A stretch of DNA of 64,000 nt, taken from assembly GCF_963921235.1 (NCBI RefSeq), contig NC_086097.1, positions 11,532,001 to 11,596,000 on the forward strand, given 5' to 3'. This document shows, one piece after another, positions 63,299 to 64,000 of this stretch. The position numbers were made by a program, and so were the translations under genes. This DNA comes from Mobula hypostoma (taxonomy: Eukaryota). The stretch's first letter is position 1, and each line of letters begins with the position of its first letter. The notes beneath the pieces were generated by a model. It had not been told where the DNA came from, did no database searches, and saw only the letters and a program-made list of their open reading frames with translations.

Positions 63299-63604
63299 TA
63301 CTACTACTACATCGACTCAGGCCTAGGGGACCGGCGTTGGGCACGATGACGGACTCTCCACTTCTCCCTCTCCTTCATCAGTGTGTTCAGTTCATTTACA
63401 TTAGCCGCGCCGCTGTCTTCTAGGAGCGTGTTGACCATAGTCTTGAGAGGGTGCCCAGGGTTCATCCTCCCGTGCTTGGGCTCCCATATGATGACTAGGC
63501 TGGCAGGTAGCTTGGGGTGGCGTAGACAGTGCCCCGCTAATTGCAGTCTTCTCACCTCGATTTTAGTGGTGAGCATCGGTAGGTTGTTATAGAGCTCAAC
63601 GTTT
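63299..63604 (-). mobile_element. 5'-truncated copy of the RTE family at 52821-56155
   Basis: NVELYNNLPMLTTKIEVRRLQLAGHCLRHP; (AGT)n tail; 10-bp TSD ATGAACATAC (63289-63298, 63605-63614). Confidence 0.92.
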
Positions 63605-64000
63605 ATGAACATACAATCAATCTATGTATATAAACTCTCTTATCTATTTACATTTATTGTTTTTTTATTATTGTGTTTCTTATCTTATTGTTTTTTTTTG
63701 GGCTGCCTCGGATCTGGAGTCACAATTAGATTATGAAGACACGCAGTCCTCTTTTATTGTCATTTAGTAATGCATGCATTAAGAAATGATACAATATTCC
63801 TCCAGTGTGAAATCACAAAACACAGGACAGACCAAGACTGAAAAAACTAACAAAACCACATAATTATAACGTATGGTTACAACAACAATTATTTTGTTCT
63901 CCTTTACACCTATGTACTGGAAATGACATTAAACAATCTTGAATCTTGAACAGAGAAGTCGACTCAGCCCATTATATCCCCTGGCACATTGTGGATGTCC

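Overview
Eukaryotic, repeat-dense genomic DNA. The repeat repertoire (CR1 LINEs, Rex1/Babar, Penelope-like elements, tRNA-headed SINEs, Tc1, hAT MITEs, RTE, Gypsy) points to a cartilaginous fish, probably a ray; this is inference. Nearly all ORFs in the six-frame track are decayed retroelement fragments. The best host-gene signal is two plus-strand exons (4513-4606, 4847-4956) ending an unidentified protein whose basic tail carries an LC8-type TQT motif, followed by a poly(A) signal. Weaker candidate exons lie on both strands. The most interesting signal is RNA structure. A ~550-bp non-coding retroposon (48978-49530, minus, target-site duplication CTGAAAT) starts exactly at a hand-folded HDV-like ribozyme with an unusual hairpin inserted in loop L3. 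It also shares a covarying internal-loop motif (GCRGMYGA/CAACRG) with the 5' UTR of a near full-length RTE-type LINE in this window. Also present are three solo LTRs with composite ETS promoter motifs, a Gypsy element carrying at least six nested insertions, a near-intact CR1 ORF2, a triplicated CR1 3' end and degenerate Penelope hammerheads. Repeat boundaries are approximate and were read by eye; no searches or folding programs were run.
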